From NCBI RefSeq assembly GCF_000006765.1, contig NC_002516.2: a DNA stretch of 64,000 nt; one strand, 5' to 3'. Of this stretch, positions 41,562-50,508 are shown piece by piece. Origin of the DNA: Pseudomonas aeruginosa PAO1. GTDB lineage: Bacteria > Pseudomonadota > Gammaproteobacteria > Pseudomonadales > Pseudomonadaceae. Numbering within the stretch: the first letter of the stretch is position 1; every line of letters begins with the position of its first letter. The notes beneath the pieces were generated by a model, which ran no database searches, was not told the origin of the DNA, and saw only the letters and a list, made by a program, of their open reading frames with translations. The position numbers and the translations under genes are program-made.

Positions 41562-43154
41562 CTATAAATCGTCCTGCCAGTCGGTGCTGGGTTTGAGGCT
41601 GCTCAGGAACTCTTCCAGGGCATAGTCTTCGCCGGGCGGCAACCGGGTCGTGAGCCGACTGGCGGGCGCCACCGGGTCGGCCGATGGCGGCGGACCGTCG
41701 CCGCTGGCGGTCTGCGGCAGCAGGTCGACGCCGAACGGGTCGTGAACGGGCTTCTTCCCCGGCGTCGGCGAGCTGATGCCGATCAGGGTCGCCTGGTCCT
41801 TGCGCCGCAACGGCATCACCATGCTGCTGTCGCCGTTGAGGTAGCTGGCCATGGTCGCCAGGGTGATGCCAACGAAGGGCGAGGCCGCGCCGGTGTCGCC
41901 CAGGCGCTGGGTCAGGTCGTAGCTTTCCCGCGAGTCCAGCAAGTCCAGCGAACTCTGCGCGGCGCCCAGCGCCGGGGTGAGTTCGGCCAGCGGCGTGGCG
42001 TTCAAACCGCCGTCGTAGAACAGCCGGGCGGGCGCCGGCCTGAGCCCGGCACTGGCCGTCTTCCAGGCAGCGGCCAGTTGTGCGGTGAGAGCTTCGCGCT
42101 TGAGCCGTTCGCCGGTATCCGGGTGGGTCAGCGGCACACTCACCGGCCGATGCAGCCTGGCCAGCACCGGCAACGCATCCCACTGCTCCAGAGCCCGCTC
42201 GGTCCAGGGCTGGGGAATGAACGGCGTGGGGCGGAACTCCACCGGCGGCTTGCGCCAGCCCCAGCCACGGAACTCGGGGTCGATCCGGTTTTCGTTGACC
42301 TTGGTGTAGGGGGCGAACTGGCGTAGCCAGTCGACCCGCTCGGGGCGGCCGACGATCAGGGCGACCATTGCATCCGTAAGCGTTCCAGGTATCCGAGGGC
42401 CTGACACAGCGCCTAGTGACTTCAATGTTACATCTCTACTGGAAAGCGCCCCCGCCATACTGATGCCTTCATTCGCATACACCAACACTGCTGGCAAGTC
42501 AGGGTTGCGTTCGAATAAACTGAACAACGCCTCCAGTACTCCTTCAGGCGTATCGTTACAGATAATGCCATCCTGCAAATTGGCAATCCGATGCCAATGC
42601 AGTCCAGCCGGAACACGGAGATCATTGACTTTTACTGACAGGCTTTCCCGCGTCTCCTCCGGAGTGAAGCGTAGGTTAGGAGTGCTCGGATCCCAACCAC
42701 GCACCACCGTCACCGTCGGTATCGGCCATTTCTCCAGGAAGTTTTTCAGCCCTAGTTCCAAGGCGTCCGCTTGGCGCTTTTCATACGCCATATCCTTGTC
42801 ATCCGCAGACGTCGGATACTTCTTCGGGTCCATCGGCAGGATGCTGCCGACATGCAACGCCTCGGCCTGTGCGGCATTCTGCTCCTGCAAGGCCTTCCAC
42901 ACTTGCCCCTGGCGAAACACATCCAGGCTCATGCCTATGCTGAGCACGTCCAGGGTTTCCAGGCGCGGCGAAGTTGTCGGTGGGTGATAAGCATCAGCGG
43001 ACATGGTGGCCTCCTTGGCCGGGGCGTAGGCGGTAACGGACGTGGCCGGACTGGCAAAGCAGCGCATCGAGGATAGCGGCGACTCGGCCGCCTGCCCCAC
43101 AGGGCAGTTCAAAAGGACGCCAACGAGAGAGAAAGCTGAGAGCATCAAGCGCAT
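41562..43154 (-). CDS. tla3: DUF2875 T6SS lipase-effector partner (Tla3/PA0259); alternative start at 43004
   Basis: Follows tle3 with TAATG overlap; DLTQRLGDTGAASPFVGI DUF2875-type motif; internal AAGGAGG-ATG gives a 480-aa form. Confidence 0.8.
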   Translation of the reverse strand: MRLMLSAFSLVGVLLNCPVGQAAESPLSSMRCFASPATSVTAYAPAKEATMSADAYHPPTTSPRLETLDVLSIGMSLDVFRQGQVWKALQEQNAAQAEALHVGSILPMDPKKYPTSADDKDMAYEKRQADALELGLKNFLEKWPIPTVTVVRGWDPSTPNLRFTPEETRESLSVKVNDLRVPAGLHWHRIANLQDGIICNDTPEGVLEALFSLFERNPDLPAVLVYANEGISMAGALSSRDVTLKSLGAVSGPRIPGTLTDAMVALIVGRPERVDWLRQFAPYTKVNENRIDPEFRGWGWRKPPVEFRPTPFIPQPWTERALEQWDALPVLARLHRPVSVPLTHPDTGERLKREALTAQLAAAWKTASAGLRPAPARLFYDGGLNATPLAELTPALGAAQSSLDLLDSRESYDLTQRLGDTGAASPFVGITLATMASYLNGDSSMVMPLRRKDQATLIGISSPTPGKKPVHDPFGVDLLPQTASGDGPPPSADPVAPASRLTTRLPPGEDYALEEFLSSLKPSTDWQDDL

Positions 43155-45304
43155 TAGATTGTCCCCCCAAAGCGCACCGCCTGCTCGTGGTAACGATCTA
43201 GGATGGTTTGTGTCCCGACTAGGGAAGGCAGTCTATTTCCTACTACCACAGGGAACTCGCCACTCTTGCGGTAAGCTACGGTGGCGTCTATTAACTGGCT
43301 GTTTTTAGACTCTTCCGCACGGTACAAAGCACGCACCTCTTCATCCGGCAGATCAACAGACGCATCACCTTGACTAAATATTCCTTTGTCCGAAGCCTTC
43401 CAATCCAACCGCCAATCCGCCACCCGACACAGATACTGATAGAAAACCACATCATCCACGCTGTCCCCGGCCCCGATGGCCAGGTCATAGGCCAGTACCC
43501 GCCGGTTATGCTCCGGGTTGTTGGGTATGGCCGAGTGGAACGACAAGGGCTCCAGATGGCCCTCCGCCGTCTGCAGGCGCAGCCGGGCCTCGTAGGGAGT
43601 TTCCGCGCGGGTGACCAGAACCATGCCGGTGCCCAGTTCACGAGCGGAAAACACATGGGTCTGCTGGGCCAATTCCTTGCCTTCGTTCAACGCCCTCTCC
43701 ACGCTGCGCGCGTCGCGCCCGTAGCGGTACGCCAGCGCGGCGTCCACCTGTTGCGCGACGGCGTGCCCGCTGTCCTTTTCCTTCCAGCCGCCGTTGCTTA
43801 CGCCGATGGCGGCGTCGATCGGATCGAGGGTATCGCGCACCTGATAGACGCCGCTGGCGGAGTTCTCTCCCGGCGCCGTGACGGCTCCGTCGAAATCGAA
43901 TCGCGCTTCCGTCGGCAACGGCAGACGCGGCGCAGTCAGCAGCACGCTGTCGCCCTGGTCGAAGTTCGCCCGGCCGAATCTGTCCTTGCCGCCCAGCCCG
44001 GTGTCTTCCCAGGTCTTCTCGCCGGCCAGCAGAAGAGGATAGACATGGGGAGGGGCGTGCCCGCCGATCTTTTCCTTCTCGCCATTGCGCTTGCGTACGG
44101 TGAAGATGCGCTGGTGAAAACCCTGCGGCAGCCCGGTCCTTCCCGGGAGCCCCTTGACCTGCTCAGCAATGCCGCGCCAGCCGATACCCTGGACGTTGGC
44201 AAGTCCCACCGTCTGGTCCTGGGGCGTGAAATACAGGTAGACACTGCCGCGATTGTCGCGCTCATCGAAGCTGAGCCGTTCCCCGTCGATGGTCGTCTGG
44301 CAGCCCTGGCCACCCACCCAGCCGGGGCCGCCTATCGCGCCGTAGCCTTGGCAGTTGCGCAACGCGACGCTGCTCAGCGCGGGGACCGGATGGCGTCGGC
44401 CGCAGATGAACTCGAGGATACCTTTGAGCGTGGCCAGCCGCGCCTCTCTGGTCTGCTGGCTGCTCCAGCCCTGGAGCTTCTCGTTGAGGGGTTCGAACAG
44501 GCCGTAGGGTGAGTTGAGCATGATCACCCCGTCCGCCGGCGCCACGCCGTCATCCTTGAGGAAGGCATGTGCCAGCAGGGTCAACAGGGTGCCCTGGCTG
44601 TGCCCGACGACATTGATGGTGTCGTCCGGGTAACGCTTGCGGATGATCTTGATCAACATGGCCAGGCGCATGGCCGCAAGGACCATGTACTTGCGCCCTG
44701 CCGCCGAAAACAGCGGATGGGTCATGGTGCCGCCGAACCAGTCCAGCGAGATGAAACCGAACAGCTTGCCGTTGAAACCCTGGCCCCACATGTCCGGCAG
44801 GTTGGTGGTGGCATTGACGAACTGCCCGCCTTCCTTGGTGCCGGACTTGTCCAGCCGGTTGCCGTTGCGGTCCAGCCATTCGCCGTGGGCCGCGGTCTTG
44901 TTGATGTATTGCTCTTCCTCGCGGAAGCCCCAGTAGAAAGGTACGACTACGCTGCGTACGGCGGCCCCGCCGGCGCCACTGGCGAACTTGCGCCGGTAGT
45001 AGACGACGTCGGGGTTCTCTGCCTTGCCTTCGTCGTCCGCCGGCAGGCTGTAGCCCGCCGGCGTCAGGTAGCCGGGATTGGCCTGCCCGCCGGGCAAGGT
45101 CGGCGGCATGTCCAGGCGTTCATTGAGCCCCTGGCAGAGCCCTCGCTCGATCCGTTCGTAGCAACCCGCGAGATCGTTGACGCCATGCACCACGATGGTC
45201 ACGCAAGGCTTGGGCGGAGGCGGCACCAGGTGCACGTCGCCGCCCTTGGGCAAGGTGATGGACTGGGCAGAGACGATCGTCCTCGACCGAACCCTATCGT
45301 TCAT
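43154..45304 (-). CDS. tle3: T6SS phospholipase effector Tle3 (alpha/beta hydrolase + DUF3274)
   Basis: VHGVND, GHSQG nucleophile motif (44591-44605), D..VGL, LSFHSAIP. Confidence 0.88.
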   Translation of the reverse strand: MNDRVRSRTIVSAQSITLPKGGDVHLVPPPPKPCVTIVVHGVNDLAGCYERIERGLCQGLNERLDMPPTLPGGQANPGYLTPAGYSLPADDEGKAENPDVVYYRRKFASGAGGAAVRSVVVPFYWGFREEEQYINKTAAHGEWLDRNGNRLDKSGTKEGGQFVNATTNLPDMWGQGFNGKLFGFISLDWFGGTMTHPLFSAAGRKYMVLAAMRLAMLIKIIRKRYPDDTINVVGHSQGTLLTLLAHAFLKDDGVAPADGVIMLNSPYGLFEPLNEKLQGWSSQQTREARLATLKGILEFICGRRHPVPALSSVALRNCQGYGAIGGPGWVGGQGCQTTIDGERLSFDERDNRGSVYLYFTPQDQTVGLANVQGIGWRGIAEQVKGLPGRTGLPQGFHQRIFTVRKRNGEKEKIGGHAPPHVYPLLLAGEKTWEDTGLGGKDRFGRANFDQGDSVLLTAPRLPLPTEARFDFDGAVTAPGENSASGVYQVRDTLDPIDAAIGVSNGGWKEKDSGHAVAQQVDAALAYRYGRDARSVERALNEGKELAQQTHVFSARELGTGMVLVTRAETPYEARLRLQTAEGHLEPLSFHSAIPNNPEHNRRVLAYDLAIGAGDSVDDVVFYQYLCRVADWRLDWKASDKGIFSQGDASVDLPDEEVRALYRAEESKNSQLIDATVAYRKSGEFPVVVGNRLPSLVGTQTILDRYHEQAVRFGGTI

Positions 45305-45798
45305 GGCTTCTCTCCTTGCCGCTCCTCGGCGTTGCGTCGTGCCAGGCAGGTCGCTTCGTCGAGCAGCATCCAGTTGCCAGGTTCGCCGGCCAGGCAGAAT
45401 TCGACGGCAATGCTGGAAACCGTTTGCCGGTGCCGACGGCTACGCTCGTTGAAATGAATGAATGCGTTGTAGCTCCCATCTGGCTGCAAGCGCTCCGGCC
45501 GGCGCAGGAGCACGCTGGAGCCGGGATAGTCGCCGAAGACCTCGATCTCCCCGGCACGCCACCCGGGCGGGAGCTCGATCCGCCACAGCGTTTCCTGGCA
45601 ATGGCTGCCGACCCGCCGACATACCGAAACACGGGTGATCTCGACGTCGTTGGTTTCCGCCAGCAAGGGGCGTAGATCCAGTGTCACGCGCCCGGAGCCG
45701 GCGTGCACCGGGATCTGCGGTGGCAGTTTGGAAACGGCCAGGGCCTGGGCGCTTCCCAGGCCGAACAGGCAGGCAATGAGCAAGGTCTTGCATTTCAT
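45301..45798 (-). CDS. tli3: Periplasmic immunity protein (PA0261; reported as Tli3/VgrG2b immunity)
   Basis: Signal peptide MKCKTLLIACLFGLGSAQALA; between vgrG2b and tle3, ATGA overlap with tle3. Confidence 0.75.
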   Translation of the reverse strand: MKCKTLLIACLFGLGSAQALAVSKLPPQIPVHAGSGRVTLDLRPLLAETNDVEITRVSVCRRVGSHCQETLWRIELPPGWRAGEIEVFGDYPGSSVLLRRPERLQPDGSYNAFIHFNERSRRHRQTVSSIAVEFCLAGEPGNWMLLDEATCLARRNAEERQGEKP

Positions 45799-45801
45799 TG
45801 G

Positions 45802-48800
45802 TCAGTATCCCGTTGGGAAGTTTTTCAGTACGCCAGCGAACCTGCTGTTCGCAGAGGCTTCCCCGAACTCGTTCTTCTCGAGGAAATAATCTCGAACGAT
45901 GTCTCCCTGCTGTTCGATGTTGTAGTCCTTCAACGTCTTTCCCGGCTCCAACCGGTAGGCGTACTGGTCGCCTAGGAGAAACTGCCTGGCTTGCTGGTAG
46001 GCCCCCACCAGAAGGACGTTGACGCCATGCTGGTGCTGCCAGACATGGGTCATTTCGTGAATGAACAGACCCTGGCGCTGCAGGCTCTCCAGGCTCCAGT
46101 CCGCCACGCCGCGCAACTCCTCGCCGAAGTAGATGTGGCCGTTCGGCGCCATCACGTAGTCCTTGCCCTGCCAGGGGACATAGTCCTCGTCGCGCAGGCG
46201 GACCGTGGAATAGTCGATGGAATCGCCGAATACGCCTTTCGCCAGGCTGATTTCCCCTTCGCTGAGAGCACGTCCGGCCTCGGCGTCGGGGCCACCCAGG
46301 AGCTTGCCGACTGCAACCGCCGCGCCAACCGCCGCTGCTATCCCGGCAACTGCGGAGGCGGGCGATTTCGTGTGTTTCATATCGACCTTGGCGATGTTCA
46401 TCGCATCCTTCTGCAGCAGCTGGGTAGCGCCTTCGGCGTCGGTGACGCCCTCGATGACCTCGCCGTTGGCCATGGTGATGGTATAGGGCACGTTGGGCAT
46501 GGCCGTTTGCCCGTCCAGTTGCTTGAGGACGAACCGCCGCTGCGTCTCGCCCACCTCGAACTGCGGCAGCTCGGCTTCCAGGCTGGCCGCGCCGACATGA
46601 CTGTGCTTCGCCGCCTTGACCACGAAGTTGCCGGGCATGCCCAGCTCGATGTTGCCGCCCTTGAGGGTCAGGTAGGCGCCGCCGCACATCAGGGTGATGT
46701 GCTCCTTCGCGGTGACCAGCACGTGCTGCTGGCTGGCGCTGACCTCCACGCTCTGCTTGGCCTCCAGGCGGATGTCGTTCTTCTGCGCCTGCAGCAGCAT
46801 CGGCCCCTGGTGGGTGATCTGGCGCAGCTCGCCGCCCTGGGCGAACAGGCCGATGTCGCTGCCGGCGTTGATCACCACCTTCTGCCCGGCGGTCACCTGC
46901 TGGTTCTGCCGGGCCACGCTGTCGACGTGCTCGCCGGCGGCCAGGGTCAGGCTCGCCGGCGTCGCCGCGGCGATCCCTGCCGGACCGCTCAAGGCGATCG
47001 CCGGCTTGCCCCCGTTGCTCTTGCCGGACTCGTCGTTGGCGCCGTGGCCGAGGTCGCGCACGGCTTCCTGGAGGGTTTGCTGCGGCGCCGCGTCGTGCCC
47101 CACGCCCTGGTGCTCCCCGGCGTAGTCGCCCAGCTCGCGGGCCAGCTCCAGCGCGGCCTCCAGCACCTGCACCACGACGCCTCGGTCGAGATGGCCGGCG
47201 CCGGCCCTGAGCTGCTCCTCGGTGCTCAGCAGCAGCCCCTTGGCCGCACGCACCGCGCCATGTTCGTCGGTGCGCAGTTCGAAGCCCTCGCCGCGCGGCT
47301 TGCCGCCTTCGGGCCGAGGATGGGTCAGGTAGCCCAGGTGCAGCGCGCTGGCACCGTGGTCGCTCATCAGCGCCGCACTGATCTGCGCCGTGGTGTCGTC
47401 GATGCGCAGCTCGTTGGCCCGACTGCCCTTGTACTCCTTGCTCTTGATGGTGCTGAGGATCTTGTGGTCGGGCAGCGCGTAGGGCGGTCGGTTGGTCGCC
47501 CGGTAGGTGCGCCCGGTGACGATCGGCTGGTCGCAGTCGCCGTCCAGGTAATCGACGATCACCTCCTGGCCAATCCGCGGGATCGCCATGTGCCCCCAGT
47601 CGGCACCTGCCCAGTTCTGCGCGACCCGTATCCAGCAGGTACTGAACTCATCGTGACGTCCCTCGCGATCCCAGGGGAACTGGACCTTCACCCGTCCCCA
47701 CTCGTCGCAATGGATCTCTTCCCCTGCCGGGCCGACTACCGTCGCGATCTGCGGACCATCGATACGCGGCCGAGGCAGCGGTGCGGGACGCCATTCGACG
47801 TCCTCGGGTACCAGTTCGGCGCGCAGGTCGTAGCTCACCCCCAGAGGGGCGTCGGCGGACTCTTCCTCCTGGCCGGCATACTGGGTGCCGCGATGGACCA
47901 CCCGCACCGGCCGCCACCAGGCGTTGAAGTCGGCACGCGGATGACCTTCCAGGGCAAAGGCGTGGCCCGGGATCAGCCGCGGGTCGTCGCCGCTGACCGA
48001 TGCCACCCGCGCATCGCGCCGGTGCCCTCTGAGGCGGCTTTCGGTGAAAGGCCGGCCGGCGCCGCTCCGCTTGTAGCGACCGGGGTAGTCGTAGCGCTCG
48101 TAGGACGAGCCCTGATGCTCGAGCGCCTCGCCAGCGAGATGATGCTCCTGGTCGTAGGTCGGGCGCTTGAAGCTGTAGTCCCGCTGGGTCTGTCGAGCCG
48201 TACGAACATTTTCGCTGTAGCGGAAAGAATGAAGCACCGGCTGCGGGTTGTCGCCCTCCGGCTGGGCGCTGAACAGTACCGGGCCGCCGGCGATACGCTC
48301 CTGGACGTAGAGCCGGTCGCTGCAGACCAGGGTGTGGCGGTGTTCGTCGAAGCGGAAGTAGTAGACCAGGCCTTCCTCGAAAGCCAGCCGGTCGTGCAGG
48401 TAGTGATCGCTGTCGCCGGCCTGCACGCAGTATTCGCGCGGCAGGTGCTCATGGTAGATGCGCTGTTCGTAGTCGAGCACCCGGTGTTCCTTGAGCAGCG
48501 CCTGGAGAATCTCCGGAACACTCTTCTCCTGGAAGATCCGCCAGTTGCAGCACAGCTCCAGGCGCGCCAACTGCGGTTCCAGCAGCAGTTCGTAGCGGGT
48601 CCGGCGAAAACCCGAGCTGCCCTGGGTGAAGTGGCTGACGATGCCATGGACGTAGCGGGCCGGACGGCCGTCCTGCCAGAGGGTGAAGGTGCCCGGCTGG
48701 TCGAGTACCTGCTTGAAATCGATGGCGTTCTTGTCGCTGGCCAGCTTCAGGTTCAGGCGGAAAGGCTCGCAGAGCGCTTCTTCCAGTTCGAACTCGACGA

Positions 48801-48861
48801 CATCGAACGCGAGTTTCCCTTCGCCGACGACGAAGGTGAATTTCAGGTCCCTTTGACGCAT
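45802..48861 (-). CDS. vgrG2b: Evolved VgrG spike with C-terminal zinc metallopeptidase
   Basis: MRQRDLKF start; VgrG core (DEWGRVKVQFPWDR, AIPRIGQEV), DUF2345-like and TTR-like segments, HEMTH at 46045-46059; 1019 aa. Confidence 0.93.
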   Translation of the reverse strand: MRQRDLKFTFVVGEGKLAFDVVEFELEEALCEPFRLNLKLASDKNAIDFKQVLDQPGTFTLWQDGRPARYVHGIVSHFTQGSSGFRRTRYELLLEPQLARLELCCNWRIFQEKSVPEILQALLKEHRVLDYEQRIYHEHLPREYCVQAGDSDHYLHDRLAFEEGLVYYFRFDEHRHTLVCSDRLYVQERIAGGPVLFSAQPEGDNPQPVLHSFRYSENVRTARQTQRDYSFKRPTYDQEHHLAGEALEHQGSSYERYDYPGRYKRSGAGRPFTESRLRGHRRDARVASVSGDDPRLIPGHAFALEGHPRADFNAWWRPVRVVHRGTQYAGQEEESADAPLGVSYDLRAELVPEDVEWRPAPLPRPRIDGPQIATVVGPAGEEIHCDEWGRVKVQFPWDREGRHDEFSTCWIRVAQNWAGADWGHMAIPRIGQEVIVDYLDGDCDQPIVTGRTYRATNRPPYALPDHKILSTIKSKEYKGSRANELRIDDTTAQISAALMSDHGASALHLGYLTHPRPEGGKPRGEGFELRTDEHGAVRAAKGLLLSTEEQLRAGAGHLDRGVVVQVLEAALELARELGDYAGEHQGVGHDAAPQQTLQEAVRDLGHGANDESGKSNGGKPAIALSGPAGIAAATPASLTLAAGEHVDSVARQNQQVTAGQKVVINAGSDIGLFAQGGELRQITHQGPMLLQAQKNDIRLEAKQSVEVSASQQHVLVTAKEHITLMCGGAYLTLKGGNIELGMPGNFVVKAAKHSHVGAASLEAELPQFEVGETQRRFVLKQLDGQTAMPNVPYTITMANGEVIEGVTDAEGATQLLQKDAMNIAKVDMKHTKSPASAVAGIAAAVGAAVAVGKLLGGPDAEAGRALSEGEISLAKGVFGDSIDYSTVRLRDEDYVPWQGKDYVMAPNGHIYFGEELRGVADWSLESLQRQGLFIHEMTHVWQHQHGVNVLLVGAYQQARQFLLGDQYAYRLEPGKTLKDYNIEQQGDIVRDYFLEKNEFGEASANSRFAGVLKNFPTGY

Positions 48862-49042
48862 GGATCGTTCCTTGTTCCTGGCGGGCGGTTCCTCCCCCAT
48901 CCGTTGGAGAAGCGAGCCCCACGTTACTCTTGCTCAGCCGCTGCCGAAAGTCTTGGCTCGGTGTCTATTTCGCGAAGTAGCGGACATTTTCGGCTCGACG
49001 GAGAACCGGCCGCACAGGTGTACGACCGGTGTGCCTGTCAAC

Positions 49043-49561
49043 TCACCCTGCCACCGGCGAGCGCCAGTCGTCGGAGCCGGAGGTGCCGGAGACTTCGTGG
49101 GTCCAGGTGATCTTGCGGTAGGTGAAGTGCACGTCTTCCAGGTGGGTGAAGTGGGCGTTGCCCGGGTCCTGGCAGTTGTGCATGTAGTCCTTGATGTCGA
49201 CGATGATCGCGTCTTCCAGGACGGTGGTGTAGTAGTGCTCCTGGGTGCCGGCGGCGGAGGTGCGGTACCACTGGATCTCGACCTTGGTCAGGCGCTCGCC
49301 GGAGGTCAGGGCGGCCAGCAGCAGCGGCGAGGCCTTGTCGAAGACCTTGGTGATGACCACCGGCTTGTGCACGCGCTGGCCGGTCGGCTGGCCGGACTGC
49401 GGGTCGCGCGGGATGATCACTTCGTGGTTGAAGCCCTGGACCATCACCTGGTCCTCGTGGCCTTCCTGATAGGTGTTGCCGACCGAGTCCTCGGTGAAGG
49501 CGCCGGCGGTGATCAGGCCCTGCTTGGTGCCGGTGATGGACATATAGGCGGGGGTTGCCAT
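49043..49561 (-). CDS. hcpC: Hcp tube protein (Hcp2 family)
   Basis: MATPAYMSITGTKQGLITAG, KVFDKASPLL, TYRKITWTH; 172 aa. Confidence 0.93.
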   Translation of the reverse strand: MATPAYMSITGTKQGLITAGAFTEDSVGNTYQEGHEDQVMVQGFNHEVIIPRDPQSGQPTGQRVHKPVVITKVFDKASPLLLAALTSGERLTKVEIQWYRTSAAGTQEHYYTTVLEDAIIVDIKDYMHNCQDPGNAHFTHLEDVHFTYRKITWTHEVSGTSGSDDWRSPVAG

Positions 49562-49619
49562 GGATACGTTCCTTGTCGTTGAAAGTGCCCAGGCGATATG
49601 CCGGGGTCACCGGTGCTAG

Positions 49620-49759
49620 ACAAGAACTGTGCCACTGGTCTTGAAACTCTTTTCCATCAAGGCGTTATTGGGGGAAACCAAAAATTCGCTGGCGATTCTC
49701 ATGGGAAGAACACTGAAAATTGCGCAACTTTTTGCGCACCGCTTGCAAAAAGTTGCGCA
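49620..49759 (-). promoter_or_regulatory. Candidate sigma54 promoter, IHF site and palindromic enhancer for hcpC-vgrG2b
   Basis: TGGCACAGTTCTTGT (49634-49620), ATCAAGGCGTTA (49656-49667), perfect 15-bp inverted repeat 49721-49735/49745-49759. Confidence 0.6.
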
Positions 49760-50040
49760 CTCTCTCGGAGCCCTTTGGGTATTTGTTCCCTAGCGTTCTA
49801 TCCACAACGTTATCAACCAAAAAGTTGCACAATGGCTTTTGGATTGTGAGGCTGAATGGTTGGAGTATTTTCTGCCTCTGCCCCTATCCAAACAACGCTT
49901 CAGCACGCGTAGTCTGATTGTCCAAACGTTCACCAAGCCCAGCCGGTACAAGCTCACCTTTCCACCGTATGCGTGACCTCTCCCTCAGCCGGTATTCCCC
50001 CAATGGGGGCGAACCGCCGTTCAAATGCGGGTGGCCGGCT

Positions 50041-50508
50041 TGAAGTCGGATAGTCCGACCTCAAAACCGGCAAATCGCCGGTTTTGGATCTCCTGCATTG
50101 CAGGCAAAGGCTCGCTGCGTTCAAGCGCAAATACGGGAATATCCCGCATTTGAAAACCCGGCTTCAAAAGTACGCAAAACGTCCTTTTGACTGCGGACGA
50201 AATTCGTCGTCAGTCGGTGTTTTGTGCGTCCGAATTTCGGACGCACAAAATCCCCCAGATTCGGGGTATTACGAGAGTCTCGTAAAACTCTCACTCCAGC
50301 CACCGGCTGAAGCCGCCACTACAAAATATTCGTAGTGAACATGCCCTGATTTTTCAGGAGATGATCGCGCGACCGTGGCCGCAATTTTGTGGAGACGGCG
50401 ACCCCGCTGAGTTACGGCCTCGGGCATTAACGTTGGAGCAACGTTGGCTAACGGTGGACTAACGTTGATCGCGTTACCGGGAAGGGGCGCATTTCAAGTG
50501 CGCCCCTT
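50041..50508. repeat. Cluster of short-centre palindromes and phased direct repeats
   Basis: At least 9 palindromes (e.g. perfect 31-mer at 50220-50250) and 4 AACGTTGG-type repeats at 50429-50468. Confidence 0.75.

Noticed and set aside
45991-49110. 1039-aa plus-strand ORF antisense to vgrG2b (likewise 25658-27646, 51081-53138, 52945-54447, 36783-38582 and others)
   Set aside because: Shadow ORFs produced by high-GC codon bias on the opposite strand; no family motifs or RBS.
50084-50335. Short ORFs (83 aa plus, 60 aa minus) over the palindrome cluster; KDVLR faintly recalls Rha proteins
   Set aside because: No RBS, atypical codon usage, and similarity too weak to call by eye.
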